DNA of 63,736 nt, the filler included, from Choristocarpus tenellus KU-1152 (lineage: Eukaryota; Protista; Phaeophyceae), in the NCBI GenBank assembly GCA_964200185.2. It is 9 parts of 9 records of this genome, joined end to end, with 100 filler letters (N's around TTAATTAATTAA, not from the genome) between each part and the next. Parts side by side here need not be neighbours in the genome. Positions count along the whole stretch, not along the records: positions 37,866 to 40,451 come from CAXNAD020026514.1; positions 40,552 to 43,668 come from CAXNAD020022205.1; positions 43,769 to 49,002 come from CAXNAD020011404.1; positions 49,103 to 52,526 come from CAXNAD020020134.1; positions 52,627 to 55,826 come from CAXNAD020021593.1; 4 more parts are not named here. One strand, given 5' to 3'. Below, piece by piece: positions 40,352 to 53,869 of the stretch. Both the position numbers and the translations under genes were made by a program. How positions within the stretch are numbered: the stretch's first letter is position 1; each line of letters begins with the position of its first letter. A model generated the notes under the pieces. That model saw nothing but the letters and a program-made list of their open reading frames with translations, searched no databases and was not told where the DNA came from.

Positions 40352-40451
40352 GACCCAAAGTATCTGGGGGGGGGGGGGGGGGTCTTCCCTAGGGGTCCAC
40401 CTGTGCAAAAAAACAGGAAAAGGATTTTTTATTTGATTAAAAGAGAGGTTG
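40352..40451 (+). mobile_element. MITE subfamily A left end, truncated at contig end
   Basis: GACCCAAAGTATCTGGGG followed by a degraded core. Confidence 0.8.
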
Positions 40452-40551
40452 NNNNNNNNNNNNNNNNNNNNNNNNNNNNNNNNNNNNNNNNNNNNTTAAT
40501 TAATTAANNNNNNNNNNNNNNNNNNNNNNNNNNNNNNNNNNNNNNNNNNNN
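40452..40551. other. Artificial contig linker
   Basis: 44 N + TTAATTAATTAA + 44 N. Confidence 0.99.
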
Positions 40552-40609
40552 GGGGTGGTATTTTGGTGGGTTTTTGGAGAGAGAAATGAGAGAGAAGAAG
40601 AAAAAAAAA

Positions 40610-40640
<31 letters not shown>

Positions 40641-42133
40641 GTGAGTGATCCAGTGTTGAAGAGGTAATCGAATGCTGGGCCTGGTATCAGAGGTAACTAT
40701 GGCTAGGGTTAGGTTTTGGGTTGTTACCTACTTTGTCCAAATGTTTGATAGGGGTAAGAGTCAGGTTTTTGACCAGGGACTGATCGTAATGACTGTTGCA
40801 GTGTGATAGTGTATTTCAAGCCCTATTGATAACTTAGATGTCAGACTCCTCACTATGTTTTTTGAGCACTTGCCGAAATGAACCTTGCCATTGGTGTGAT
40901 TTTATTATTTTAATTTTTGGAGTCTTGAGTTGAAGTTTATATTATTTTATGTTTATTATGTTAAGTTGTCATAACGCTCTCAATTTGTCTTGCAACCATT
41001 CCAGGGGGGGGGGGGGGGGGGGGGNNNNNNNNNNTTTTTTTTGTTGTTTTTCTTTAGGTTGTTTTTTTGTTGCGGGGGGGGGGGGGGGGGGGGGGGGGGG
41101 GGTGGGTGGGTTAGGGTTAGGGTTAGCCATTGATGTGTCTGCATTTGAGTATTTTTTAATTAGGGCTTTGTGGCTTGTTGGTTAGGGTTAGGGTTGTGTG
41201 CCTAAATGTCCACCCCTACCTCCGTGCCATAGACCATATACCATAGTGAACATATCCGGTGGGTATAGGGTTAGGGTTAGGGGTTAGGGGTTGCAAATGG
41301 GATGAGATTAAAAAGACATTAGGGGATTTTTTTAAAGGCACTCTGCCGGTATATTTCTAGGAAATTTCCCACTGGAATGTTGTGTTGTGGTTGGTGGTAT
41401 GTGTGTGATGCCACACTAGTCTGCTTCACAGAAAGGTCAGAAAAAACATACATATAATGTGGCCCTGTGCAAAAAGGATTTTTTTAATGCCTGATCTCTG
41501 TGTGTGTGTGTGTTGAGTTTTTTGCTTATGAACATTTCTGTTATAATATTAGTGTGCAATGATTAGGAGAGGTAGATATGTGCATTTGTTAATGAGGGGG
41601 TTAGGGGTTAGGGTTGTACTTCTTCTTTTTTGGATTGAGATGTTTGGGAAGAGTCAGTAACCAAGCCACCCACCTGGTAATGTCTAAGGAGGTTCAGCAA
41701 GAGTAGCAGCACTCACATGCTCCAGTGAACACAACATAATCCTACCAATACCAGTCCGTTCCCCCTCCCCCCCACGAAGAACAGTTGTGTGTACTTGATT
41801 CAAGACTAGACTTGATTCAAAACTAGACTAGATTCAAAACTTGATTCAAGAGAGTGCACAAAAATATAAGAATAGTAATAGTAATTACTGTGGAAAATCT
41901 TTGTGTTGTGTGGGACACTCACGCCACCTGGATCTGAACTCCATTCCTTTGCACTGGTATAATGAGTGCTATTATACCTCTAAGTCTAGCTCGTATCCCT
42001 CCTAGTGTTGCTCGGAAGCTATTACTGTTGATGTATTTTATTAGTAGTACTGTGTAAACTGACGTCCTCTCGAATGATTTTGTTGACTGTTTTTGTTGCA
42101 CTTCTTTGTGGTATTAATGGTGTTTATTGATAG

Positions 42134-43450
42134 GTGTGTCTGGAGCACCGTCACAGCTATGTCCGTCGCAATGCGGCTCTGGCCTGTTACTACATACATA
42201 AAAACTTTGGTCAACAGGTGTGTACAGTAGTAGTAGTAATAATAATAATAATTGTGTGTGTTGCATGCATTTGTTTGGCTGCTAAGAGGTACAGCTTTGT
42301 TGGATATGCCCTAACCCTAGCTGTCATTACAGAATAGTAGTAATAATAGTATTAATATTAGTATTAATGTGTTTTGTGCGTGTGAATATTTTCGGACATG
42401 CCCTAACCCTAGCTGTCACTACAGGATTGTATTAGTAGTATTAGTGTATTGTATGTGTGAATATCGTCAGACATGCCCTAACCCTAACCATCACTACAGG
42501 ATTGTATTAGTAGTATTAGTGTATTGTATGTGTGAATATCGTCAGACATGCCCTAACCCTAACCATCACTACAGGATTGTATTGTATGTGTGAATATGCC
42601 CTAACCCTAACTGTCTACTGTCTACTGCCTATTCAAAATAGTTGTCATATCAACCCTAACTGTCGACTGACTTTGTGCTGTTGATCGGACCAATGCAGCT
42701 AAAGGTGTTTCCGTGTACAGAGGAAAGGGTTAGGGTTAGGGCAGACCACAATGAAAGGGTTTGTTTTCTTCAACCATCGTGGACATACTTGGGTTAGGGT
42801 TAGGGTTAGGACATACTTGGTTCATCGGGTTAGGGTTAGGGTTCATCGCTTTATGTGTGTTCTATACGTTGTGTGCATAGCATACTTGAGCCACCTATTA
42901 TTATTATTTTTTTATTTTTTATACATGTTTTTTGTTATTTTTCAGTTACATCTTTTCCATGGCGCTCAAGCAGAGAAAAAAGAAGGTTCTAGGCTAGGGA
43001 AAACATGCACACCCATCACAAAAAATATGTATATTTTGTGTTGAAATTGCATATATATTTGAAGAAGATTCTTCTTTATTTTGTTTTTTATATATTGTGT
43101 GGGATGGATCACAACCGTAGGCACCAAGGTTAAGGGTTAGGGTTAGGGTGCAAGTTGGGTCTTATTCATCAGTTGCCAGTGGCATGGCGTGGACCCTACA
43201 ACCCTAACCCTAAAACAAGCCTAGTTCTATTGAGATGTCGACAATAACCCTAACCCTAATTGGTGCGAGGTTAATTTTTATGGGGGTTTTTTGCCTTTTT
43301 TTTTTAAAGCTGTTACCAGATGGTCCTGAGCTGATGGAGAGATTTATTTCGGCGGAGGGGGACACTTCCGCCAGGCGCAACGCCTTTCTGTTTTTGTTTA
43401 ATGAGTCGGAGGAGCTGGCCATCGACTTCCTCAACACACACATGGATGAG
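42134..43450 (+). CDS. COPB1: Coatomer subunit beta (beta-COP), two internal exons
   Basis: Exons 42134-42217 (VCLEHRHSYVRRNAALACYYIHKNFGQQ) and 43310-43450 (LLPDGPELMERFISAEGDTSARRNAFLFLFNESEELAIDFLNTHMDE) carry the beta-COP 'CLEHRHSYVRRNA' and 'PDAPEL…E.D.S..RNAF' motifs. Confidence 0.93.
42306..42612. repeat. Intronic minisatellite, about 75-bp unit starting with ATGCCCTAACCCTA
   Basis: Units begin near 42306, 42398, 42473, 42548 and 42596; the middle units are near-identical. Confidence 0.9.
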
Positions 43451-43668
43451 GTACTTTTTACTTTTTGTTTTTAGTGTGCTCTGTTGACTGCTGCGAACTG
43501 TTGGTAGTGGGACTATTCCATTGGTTTGTTTTTTTAAAAATTTCAAGTGTAGTACAGTATTTTGATTGAAGGAATCTGAGTGTCTCGAAACTGGGGGGGG
43601 GGGGGGGGGTTAGAAAAAATAAAATTAAAAGAGGATAGGGGTATGGGGTTGATTTTTTTTTTTTTTTT

Positions 43669-43768
43669 NNNNNNNNNNNNNNNNNNNNNNNNNNNNNNNN
43701 NNNNNNNNNNNNTTAATTAATTAANNNNNNNNNNNNNNNNNNNNNNNNNNNNNNNNNNNNNNNNNNNN
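43669..43768. other. Artificial contig linker
   Basis: 44 N + TTAATTAATTAA + 44 N. Confidence 0.99.
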
Positions 43769-44819
43769 CAAAATACTACGAAAAATCGAAGAGATCGTTG
43801 AGCTTGCTATCTTACCATCGAGGGCATGACAAAAGCGATACCTGTCTACCTAGCTACCTACTTACCTACCCAATCAATCAGTCAGTCACGGCGGTTTTGT
43901 TCGGGTTCCAACAATCGCGCGTCTACAAAAGCTAGTCCACAAAACGGCACTCTATCCAACCCCAGAAAAGGAGGTCAGTGCACGATTACGAAAATTTCCC
44001 TCCAGTCTGCAACAATAACAATAATAAACATATCCATGACAGGTTCCATTTAGGATCTCTTGAACATTGACTCAACAAAATCCACACAGAAGTAAATCTT
44101 TCCCATTGTAGCTGGTCAAGGTGATTCGCTGTAGGTCAGATGTACGACAGACTCATGATGTCCCGAACATATCTGTGGAGTCAACCAGCGAATCCGGGGC
44201 TTGTTTTCTGTTCTGACTGGTTGCACCCAATCACACCTGGTCATTGAGGAGCAACCTGCTTTCAGGATCTCAGCCTTCCATCAGTCTGCTTCAAGACCCC
44301 TCTATCAGTTCACTTTAAACCTCGCCTCTGGTGATTCTCAACCTCCCCCCATCACAAAGAACTCAGTGCCACCACCATAATTTTATCAATGGGTATGTGA
44401 TAGGCAACTTCACTTCAAGGTATACCTTTGACGTGTCCTCCCTTAAAATATATACCTCAGAGTCTGTTCATTTGTCATGAATGCTACAGGTAGATGGAAC
44501 GTCAGTTCCTTGTGATGACATCAGCATCGGGATGGAATATGGGACAGTGCAGCCCCATAATGCGTCCCTACCTCTCTCCTAAAATCCGAGTGGACTTGCC
44601 TTAGCACAATTGCCCTCCCTTTGTTGTCTCTCTCCTTTCAATAACCTCCTGTGGATTTTTCCGCCCAACTTCATTCCAAAGAGCCTGTCTGCCTAATCCA
44701 CCTGCTTCAAACATACTCTAAAAACGACAATAAATAAAAAATAACTTAGACCTTCTGATTGGTTGGATGCTTTGTCATACCCATGCGCACTGTGTGCTTC
44801 ACTGTAAACACCTCTGCCA

Positions 44820-44860
<41 letters not shown>

Positions 44861-45319
44861 TGCGACCCGCCCCCGCCCCCTCGTCTCAAATTATCGCACG
44901 GCATCCCAGAGGTCTTGGTGGTTATTCAATCAACTAAGTTTTCGAGTCAATTCGATTCACAACAGCAGAGGCATATATATATATATATACGGGCGAGCTC
45001 AACTCTGTTTCTACTGCTTGCATGTGTAATGCAGAAACATGAGGGAGCTATGCATGTGTGCTCTCTTTTGGCAAGGTGAGTTTTGGGCAGGAGAACAATA
45101 CTAAAACATCTGTTGCAGGTGTCACAAAGCATGGATTGAGGCATAGGCCCACTCACAGGATGAAGCCCTTACCGTTTTCACCCAGGGAAACGTTCCACAC
45201 ACTCTGTCGCCAGTATTTTGTCGGATAAAGCCGATGGAAAATGCCCTCAGGATTAGTTGGAGGGTTACCACTAGGGTTAGGGTTAGAAAAAATGCATGTA
45301 ATTTTTATCTTGTAGGCTA

Positions 45320-45578
45320 GAGTGAAAGTATCTAAGAGGGTACGAGTTTTTCCCTGTTTCTCCATTTGGGGCTTGGCTTCCCATGACTTTTTTCATGACA
45401 TTTTGCTACTCCAAAATGTTTCGGAGTAGGCAAAATGTATACGTTATGAGAAGGTGTGTCTGGAAGAAGGATATTGACGCTTCCTAACAAACACGATAGC
45501 CAAAATTACATCAAAATCGCAACATTGGATTTTGACCCCTAAATGGACGTGGCTTTACCCTCTAAGATACTTTGACTC
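45320..45578 (+). mobile_element. MITE subfamily C copy with perfect TSD GCTA and GAG…CTC termini
   Basis: GCTA|GAGTGAAAGTATCTAAGAGGGTA...TACCCTCTAAGATACTTTGACTC|GCTA. Confidence 0.93.
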
Positions 45579-45891
45579 GCTAGTCCACGTAAGATCCGTC
45601 CAAAAACCTGCTGGCCGAGTGTACAGCACTCTTGTCTGGGTTAATAGATATCGGCTCTGACTGGGGGGTGATACACCCATACACCCTTTGAACAGAGCCT
45701 GTGGGTGAGAGTGCCTTAATGCAATCCCCCTGCAGTTAGAAAGAGGGTCCATTTTCAATGTACTCAGAGCATATACACAGAGCTAACCCTATGTGCATAC
45801 ATAGGTAAAACGCAATGTTCACTTGACATGTATGTGATGACATGGAAAGAGTAAGGATGATTAGCGACCAATCTTCCTCCCCCCCCTGCCC

Positions 45892-47150
45892 CTAACCCCA
45901 CCCCCCTTCCACTCCTGCTCCCAGGGCTGTTGATGACACGCCTCCCAGGGCTGGTGTTGGCAACTGGCCCGCCATCACCTGATGGACTGCATGAGACAGC
46001 CTGCAAGAAGATGAATAGAGAGGAGTTGGGTGGCTCCTAAGGTTAGGCAAGAGATGCAAGGTGCAGTTGGCCACTGGGGTTAGGGTAGGGATTTGGGTAA
46101 GTAAATGGAGATGATAAGCACTAGAGTTAGGGTTAGGACGACAATCACATCAAAACACTAGGCACAAGTGCTGCGGCAACAGCCAAAGTGACACACCAAT
46201 CACTTAACAGCACCTATAGTAGCCACCACCACATCAAAAAATCAGTCAAAACAGTGAATACATTCGCCATTGCAATGCACACACCAAAAACCTACCCACT
46301 TTCACTAAATGCACTTGCACCAAATACCTACAAATGAACAGCAAACCAAGTATTTATAGTCTAGTTCTAGAAACCTGCGATTTCCACCGAGACATGAACA
46401 AGACAACAGACGTTCAATGGGAAAGTTGTGACTCTATGAGCTCAGTCACTGACGGTGTAAGGTATACCCCAAACAATACCTTCAACGGTCTTTACCATCA
46501 AACAAAATCAGCACCCTGCTAACTCTGAACATCACCAGTGACACTGCAAACAGTCAGCATGCTCAAGACTCCAGACCAATCACGACAGTGGGTCAAAGTA
46601 TATGGGGAGGGGGGTGCCGGCGTCTGTTTTAGACCCTGGCTTAAAGTACCTGGCGGGGGTGTTGGATGTCCATTTGGAGCTAAATTTTTCATGTCGCGAT
46701 TTTTGGGTGATTTGGTTCCATACGTTGGATGTATAATGAAAGTGCACTTTTCCTGGTGTTGGTCCAAATGGACACTTTGGTGAAGACCCCCCCCTTCTCC
46801 AGCTACTTTGGGTCAGCCACTCCGGATGACCCCAGCATCCACTCTGATGATCAAGACAACCTTCAAAGATCACAAACAAAAACATCACACCTCACCATTG
46901 AGACTACTAGCGACCATTATATCTACCACACCAATTACAGCAACCAATCCCTATGACCACAGAGCCCGTGGTATCCACAAGGAGGTGAAGATCTCTCTCA
47001 CCGCAGAATTCTCATTCCTCCTGGTGTTGCAGGGGCTATCTTCCTGCCCCCTCCTCCCCCTCCCCTGGAGTATGTTTGTTGCCTCCAGTGCATGTTGAAG
47101 CACTTCTGGCACCTGCACCTCTCTTTCATGCCACCCATGTGGAACTGGGT
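45892..47150 (-). CDS. Probable last exons of an unidentified gene
   Basis: Exon-like 47150-47002 (CCCTACAG…GTGAGA) and an acceptor TCTTCTTGCAG opening at 46000. One phase-consistent reading gives TQFHMGGMKERCRCQKCFNMHW…GMRILR|LSHAVHQVMAGQLPTPALGG…GWG*; an alternative frame is also open. Confidence 0.4.
46590..46814 (-). mobile_element. MITE subfamily A copy (46638-46814) preceded by an orphan MITE end (46590-46637)
   Basis: GGGTCAAAGTATATGGGGAGG at 46590, then GGCTTAAAGTACCTGG…CCAGCTACTTTGGGTC. Confidence 0.85.
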
Positions 47151-49002
47151 CTGTAGGGCATATGTATATGTATATATATATAAATGGGCAACATAGTATG
47201 TATGTATATAATTGATAGCGCAGGTGTGCGTGAGTGCAGGCACACACATATTGGAACGGGTTTACACCAGAGTACATGCTACATGAAGAATGAGGTGGGA
47301 TTATAAATTATGCAAGCAATATCACATAAGAAAAAACACTTCACGTGTGTATGTATGTATGTATGTATGTGTGTGTGTATTAAAATAATTGAACTATGAA
47401 CTGTAATCTGGATGCATATGTGCACATGGATATGAATATGGACAGGAATAGAATTGTTTCTTACTTGAAACCCCTGTGGACCACAACTCCAATATATGAG
47501 TACCTTTAAGTAGTACTTCTGTATTAGTTCATACATTGGGTTAGGGTCAGAGATAGCAGTAAAATAGACAGGTCTAGGGTTAAGATTGATATACATATTT
47601 GAGATATGCAAGTATATAGGGTTAGGGATGAGCAACATACATGTGCAGGGTACACATATAGGGTTGGGAATAAGGCACACACACACACAAATAAATATAT
47701 ATATTTCAATTTCCATATTGAGAGGTTTAAGAGATTTAAGCATTAGAGTACATTTTTCAGTACATTTTTCAGTACCATTGTTCAAGTTGGTTAAGTATAC
47801 TACTATCAAAAATCTACAGCATAAATGACACTAGCCCTGAATTCTTCACCACAAAATTTCCAATCAAGGCAAGCCTACAAATCCCAGAGCTCAAGCATGC
47901 AACAATCAAAAAAATGGATAGCTATCAAAACAATTTAAACAGAAGAAACAGTGACACTAATGAGCGCCTTCTTCCAGTCTGCCAAAACACTTATCCACCA
48001 CAAAAACGCCTACTCGTATGAAATAGAAAACTCCTCTACCATCCTCACTATATGTTCCAGTGGGAACCTTCCTGTAATCACCCTCCTTCCCTAACCCCAA
48101 TCTATGAACCAAAATAGATGATTTTATTCAACCCTCGTACTATGATGTCACACTGATAAAAAATAAAAACAATAACTATATATTTTTTGTACGAACAACG
48201 AATTCGATAGGTGTACATACGCACATACTATGGCTACACGCGTAGATGCACGCACATAATTATGTGCACATAAGCTTGGAAATAAATATTAAAACATGCA
48301 CTAACACCCATGATATACATTAATAAAAAAAAGCATGTTAAAGGCCATCAACCATTCCCTTCACAACTACCCCTCCCCCCCCAAAAAAACTAAACAAAAC
48401 AAAAAAAAGAGGAATCTTGATCCTTCGGAAAACCAAATCAAGCCGAGTAAAGCCTTCCCGCTCTACACAACTCTCTCTCTCTCTCTCTTCCGATACCGGT
48501 CTTAAGAAAAAAAAGGTTGCAAGTATCGGATGTTCTCTGCAGAGTTCTCGCAGCGGCGAAGTAACTAAAAAAAACAAAAAACATTGTCATTCCTAACCCT
48601 AACCCTGCATACGCTGCATTTTTTTCTTCTTTTAAAAAAAAAATCAGGCTGAAAAAAACGAGATGATGCCATTCCTGACCTTCCCCACCTCCGCACGAGT
48701 GAACACACATCACATTTTGTTTTCATTTTTATTACATTTCTGTAGACATAATAATAAAAATCAGTCACCGTTCCTGCACTTCCCAAAACCGTACACCCTT
48801 CTTCAATCTCAATAATCCCCCCCCTCCGCCCCCCCTTCAATCTTGACTAAAAAAAAATCAATTAATAATAAAATGCGCATACGTGTATCTATGTAACTCT
48901 TCTCAATACCATTCCCTCCCCCTGTTAAAACATAGGCTACTCATTTGTTTCTTGTTGATATGATGCACATCTACCAGCTTGTACTGACTGTTGATTGGTG
49001 CA

Positions 49003-49102
49003 NNNNNNNNNNNNNNNNNNNNNNNNNNNNNNNNNNNNNNNNNNNNTTAATTAATTAANNNNNNNNNNNNNNNNNNNNNNNNNNNNNNNNNNNNNNNNNN
49101 NN
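49003..49102. other. Artificial contig linker
   Basis: 44 N + TTAATTAATTAA + 44 N. Confidence 0.99.
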
Positions 49103-52100
49103 GGATATGTGGGAGAGGGCAGGGGGTCTAAAGAGGGAATTTCAACAAGATTTTCAGGTTCTGTATGGCAAGGAAAGTACCAGGGTTGGGAATGATAGCT
49201 ATCAGGAACACGAACTATCAGGCAGTGATGCTTGAACGTTGGTGTGATAGCAAGGAATTGCACTACTGAAATATGTGCGGGTAAGACTGGAGGAATAGTG
49301 TGCACCAGTTGTGAGACATAATGAATTGCACAGGAGAAACCCCCTGCCTTGGGGGAACCACCCCGGTCTTAGGGCACAACCACTGGAATATTTTTTTATT
49401 CTTCAAATAGAGCTTAGGGTTATTTTCTACACACAAGTCAGCGTCAGGGTTAGGGACCTATAGTATGCTAGAGGGGGGGCAAGTTAGGCTAGGTTGTCCA
49501 TTCGGAGCTTGATGGAGTGTTGCAGAACACTCCAGTTTGATACCCGATTCAGGGTTGATTTTTTTTATTTTGTCCAGGCAGGGGGAGGGGAAGGAAGGTG
49601 CGCTAAGGTGAAGGAAGTCACCCTTATATCTAACACATTCATCCATATGACATGAAATCGCCAAAGGGTCATCAAGGCCCCGAATGGACGCCTGTCCCCC
49701 ACTCTAGGATACCATGGGTCCGGGGTAGGGATAAGGTTAGAGTTGGGTTTTCATAAATGTATGTAAAAAAGAAAAAACGAGGTGGATCCTTGAGAGGTGG
49801 TGGTACCCTAGTGTACACTTCTTATAGAATGTTTCCTTGGCTGGTTGGGGACAAGTTTCGCACATAAGTTAGGGTTAGGGCTAGGGTTAGGGTTCGCATT
49901 GGGAATAACATTGGATTTTCGAAAATGCGTGCAAATAAGGAAAAATATATATTTTTCAGTGGTGGTTCCCAAAGACAGGGCTTCCCCTGTGCACTGGAAC
50001 GAGCCAAGCAATGGCCTCTTACCCACCGTCTCAAGACGATTAATTGGGGCTGCAAGAGAGAAGGGTTCTGAGATCAATCGCTGAGATAGAGCCTAGCCTT
50101 GCCAAACCCCACTACGTTAGATGGGGACTAAATGCTTACAAAACTTAGGTAACACAGTAACAGAGTGGATACAACAGTCAGAAACACTGGGATCACCTGC
50201 AGCTATAGGATCTGGACATGAACAAGGATTGGTAAGAAGACACCTCTAATTGGAACAACAACAGACACTGTGCCAATGGATGGATATCCCTCAGCAAATA
50301 TGAAGAACATGAGAAGGTTACATACTTCATATCCATGAGGGAATCTGCAGCAAAAAAATATCTATACTGCCCATCCAAGAGGGTGGGTAGGAGAAGAAAA
50401 TTGTGTGTAACACTCCTTCACACACAAAAAAAACACTTGCAGTTTGTCACGAAAGGACAAGCTGGAAGGTGTGGGCATGCCATCGTAAGTTCTTGTGGCA
50501 TTGGTCACGGGAAAGTAATTAATGGAGAATATGAGTGAAAATAGGAAACAAGAGACTGGGGTAAGTGAAAGTCAATCAACCCGGCAGCTGCCACCACAGA
50601 GTGAAATTTCATGCACGAAAGGTATTGCCAATATCACCTCCATTGACTTGAATCATTCCAAGTGTGTACAACAACAATTATGTCTAAAGCGAGTCGGTCA
50701 CCTCAAGTGGACTAAGCTAGGGCAAATTTGAGAATATTATAGATAGCATTCATGCCACGCAAAATTTCAGTATTTCAGCAACTCCTGATGAAATCCACTC
50801 CCTGAGTCAAACTTAGAAAAAAAATTAGTATGTACTATGATGTAACAGGCGGCAAAGGGTGGGGAATAGAATCTTCGGTTCTATGTTATATGTCGCACAG
50901 TGAAAAGATAAGCAGTAGGGTAGTTGACAGGAATGAGCTGGAAAAAGGATGGATTCTGGTTTGAATACAACAGAGCAGAGGAATGAATGAAAATTCTCAG
51001 GAATGGTATGGCGGTCAATGGAGTCATATCCCCTTAGGTATGACATCTTGTGGCATGCAGCATATTTTCAGCCCGTACCAGCGCTGCTGGAGTGTTCACA
51101 AGGTTCTGTAATGCCCACCTCAAGCTCAGCGTATGTCATGGCAATGGGTGCAAGGGTCAGGTGTTATTTCAACTGGAGACTAAATTGAACAAACTTTCTT
51201 TACTTTGTGCTCCTTCTAAAAGCATTAAACTGTGTGGAAAACCTGCTAAGAATAATGCCCCACAAAAATAGTTATAAGAAGAATTTTAGGGTATGCTTTT
51301 GCTGGACTTCAAGTTGCTATCATTGCATCCCTCACATGAAGGTGTATCTGCCTGTACTTCCATGTGTTGACAGTAGGGAGGCTACCAACCGTGCTAGCAT
51401 AGTGGTTAGGGTGAAGTTTCCTTCCAATTGATCTGAGCTACGACTGCATATCCATGTCATATGTGATCGGATTTACTGGTCTTTGTTCAAGGTAGAATAA
51501 TTACTCTCTGTCATCCTTAGCGAAGGCTGGCTATCTAGTGCTGTGGTCCAGTTGACCTACCTGTTGGATTGTACATGGCCTGTAGTCTGGACACCTTTGT
51601 ATCTTGTCGGTGATTAGCCTGTCCCTCTGTCTCCCCTATAAATCAAGAGAGAAGTTGTTTGCACAATGGCAACATGTCATCACCACATCATCACACCCTT
51701 GACAGATAGACTGCATGCCACAGCCTTCCTTATGATTATACTTTCAAACTACAGAGCAAATGTATCATAAAATTAGCTGGATTAAGCTAATCTAGTTCCC
51801 GACTGGTTAATACTCCTCCTCCTCCACTATCTTATAAGTGCACACAACTCACATCCTCTTCCTGTCTAGTGTGAAGTCACATTAACCACAACTGTTCTTA
51901 AATGTCCAAAGGAAATTTTTGCGGTACTGGCAATTATTCGGAACACTTCTCTCATGATATTGACACTGAAAGAACTTCTAGTCATACTAACAGCGGGGGT
52001 TTGTTGCCAGACATGACCAGATTCGGATTACTACAATTGTTGAAGGGAGAAAGGGTTGGGGAAGGAGAGGGGGGGGTGCAAGGAATGAAAATGAGAACGA

Positions 52101-52526
52101 GAAAAATCCTCGGCAATGTGGATTGGGAAAATGATTGAATCTTCAGGTGCATATAACCTTCAGCATAACAAAAACGCCCTGCTCATCTCCACTCCCCAGG
52201 CAAACTCGTTGGCGCATCTCTTTGAAATAGTCTGGGAAATGTACATCTTAATCACTTCATAGCAGAGATACGCCCCAGAAAGTAGGCCTTCTCGTCTCCG
52301 GCACTAGCTTCAAGAGATGCAACCCAAGCTTACTAACATGTTTCAACTCAAAGAATTTTGGCACATGCAAGGCCTGCTATCAAAATTACTTGGCCAACTA
52401 ATGTAAGGTTTTGAAAGCATAAGTCAAATTGACGGACTTTACTCCTCCAGCCCATTGGTTTGGGTGTACGACTAATACAGACTATAGTCAGCGGTCTTCA
52501 GTGTCACACACACTAGCATAGATAAC

Positions 52527-52626
52527 NNNNNNNNNNNNNNNNNNNNNNNNNNNNNNNNNNNNNNNNNNNNTTAATTAATTAANNNNNNNNNNNNNNNNNN
52601 NNNNNNNNNNNNNNNNNNNNNNNNNN
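52527..52626. other. Artificial contig linker
   Basis: 44 N + TTAATTAATTAA + 44 N. Confidence 0.99.
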
Positions 52627-52653
52627 AATGGGGGGGATGGGAAGAGGATCCAC

Positions 52654-53814
52654 CTTCCTGCTGTAGAGTGAAACACCAGGCTCCATCCTTCCCATGCCGA
52701 ACTTCTCTGTGTGATAGGTAGGAAAGAAGAATAGCGCCTTGAGCTCAATGGGGGCATCTGTCCGGAAATGTATCTGAAAAAAAAAAAGGCCAGAAGGAAC
52801 CGCATAAGAACGAGCAAGGGACAAAGATATACCTTAACTGTGCCCTTACAGCGTATGTCAAAAGGCACGAGCGTACGCACACATTGCCAAAAAATAAGTA
52901 CTTGTCAACTTCAACCTACAACAGTAATCACAAAAAAATATACTGTTGAAGAATTTTAATCTTCCGCCAACTCCACATAGAACTCCTAACAAAAAAACCC
53001 CTTCACATTAGTATGTACCCTTGCTGATTGCGGACACGAGTGTATCTATTTTCTTCATCTTCACTGCGGTTCAGATCGCCTCACCCTTGAAACAGGTGTG
53101 TCATATGCATGCGCAATGAACTGATAGAACTCTGTGTACTTGCTCTCCTCCACCTCCGACGGGCTCTTCATCCAGATGGCTTCCACCGTATTTACCGCCT
53201 TCCTCATACATACAAACGTATGCATCAGCGAATATTCACGTTCAGCAACGAGAGCATGGGCACACAAATTCCACATTGACAGCATGGGACATCGTGCGTG
53301 AAGGGGATGGGGATGAATTTTAAATAGATGACCATGAATGTGTATCACAGGCACACCAGTCGAGATAAGAGATACAATAACAAACACAGGCTAAAATTCA
53401 AAACAAAGAAATTGACAAAAAGGGGAGAGGGGGGGGGGGGGGGACAAATGTGTGTCATCAACAACATTCATATCGAAGTTCGAATCAGAAAAGATGAATT
53501 CACTCAAAAGAGTCAAAAGGTTGGAGGGAAGCAAAGAGGAGAGAGAGACGTAAGGCACAGGACTGCATCAAAATGGACATCATAACTAACAACAAAATCA
53601 ATCCATAAAGGAAATGCAGATGCATGGATCCCTCTCATCAAGGCGCATTGTGCAGATGCCTGCAACAAACACACAATCCACTACAGAAATCTTGGAGATC
53701 CCACTTCTGCTGACAAGTAACAAAAATATAAATATTGATGTGCGTGTAGCCCGACCGCATCGCACTCAGACGCACGAGTTGTTCGCACACCACCACGCAC
53801 AAAAGATTCCTCCT

Positions 53815-53869
<55 letters not shown>

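Noticed and set aside
49103-52526. Gene content in this contig (e.g. candidate exon near 49960-50084)
   Set aside because: Nothing I could support beyond a single weak acceptor and short ORFs.
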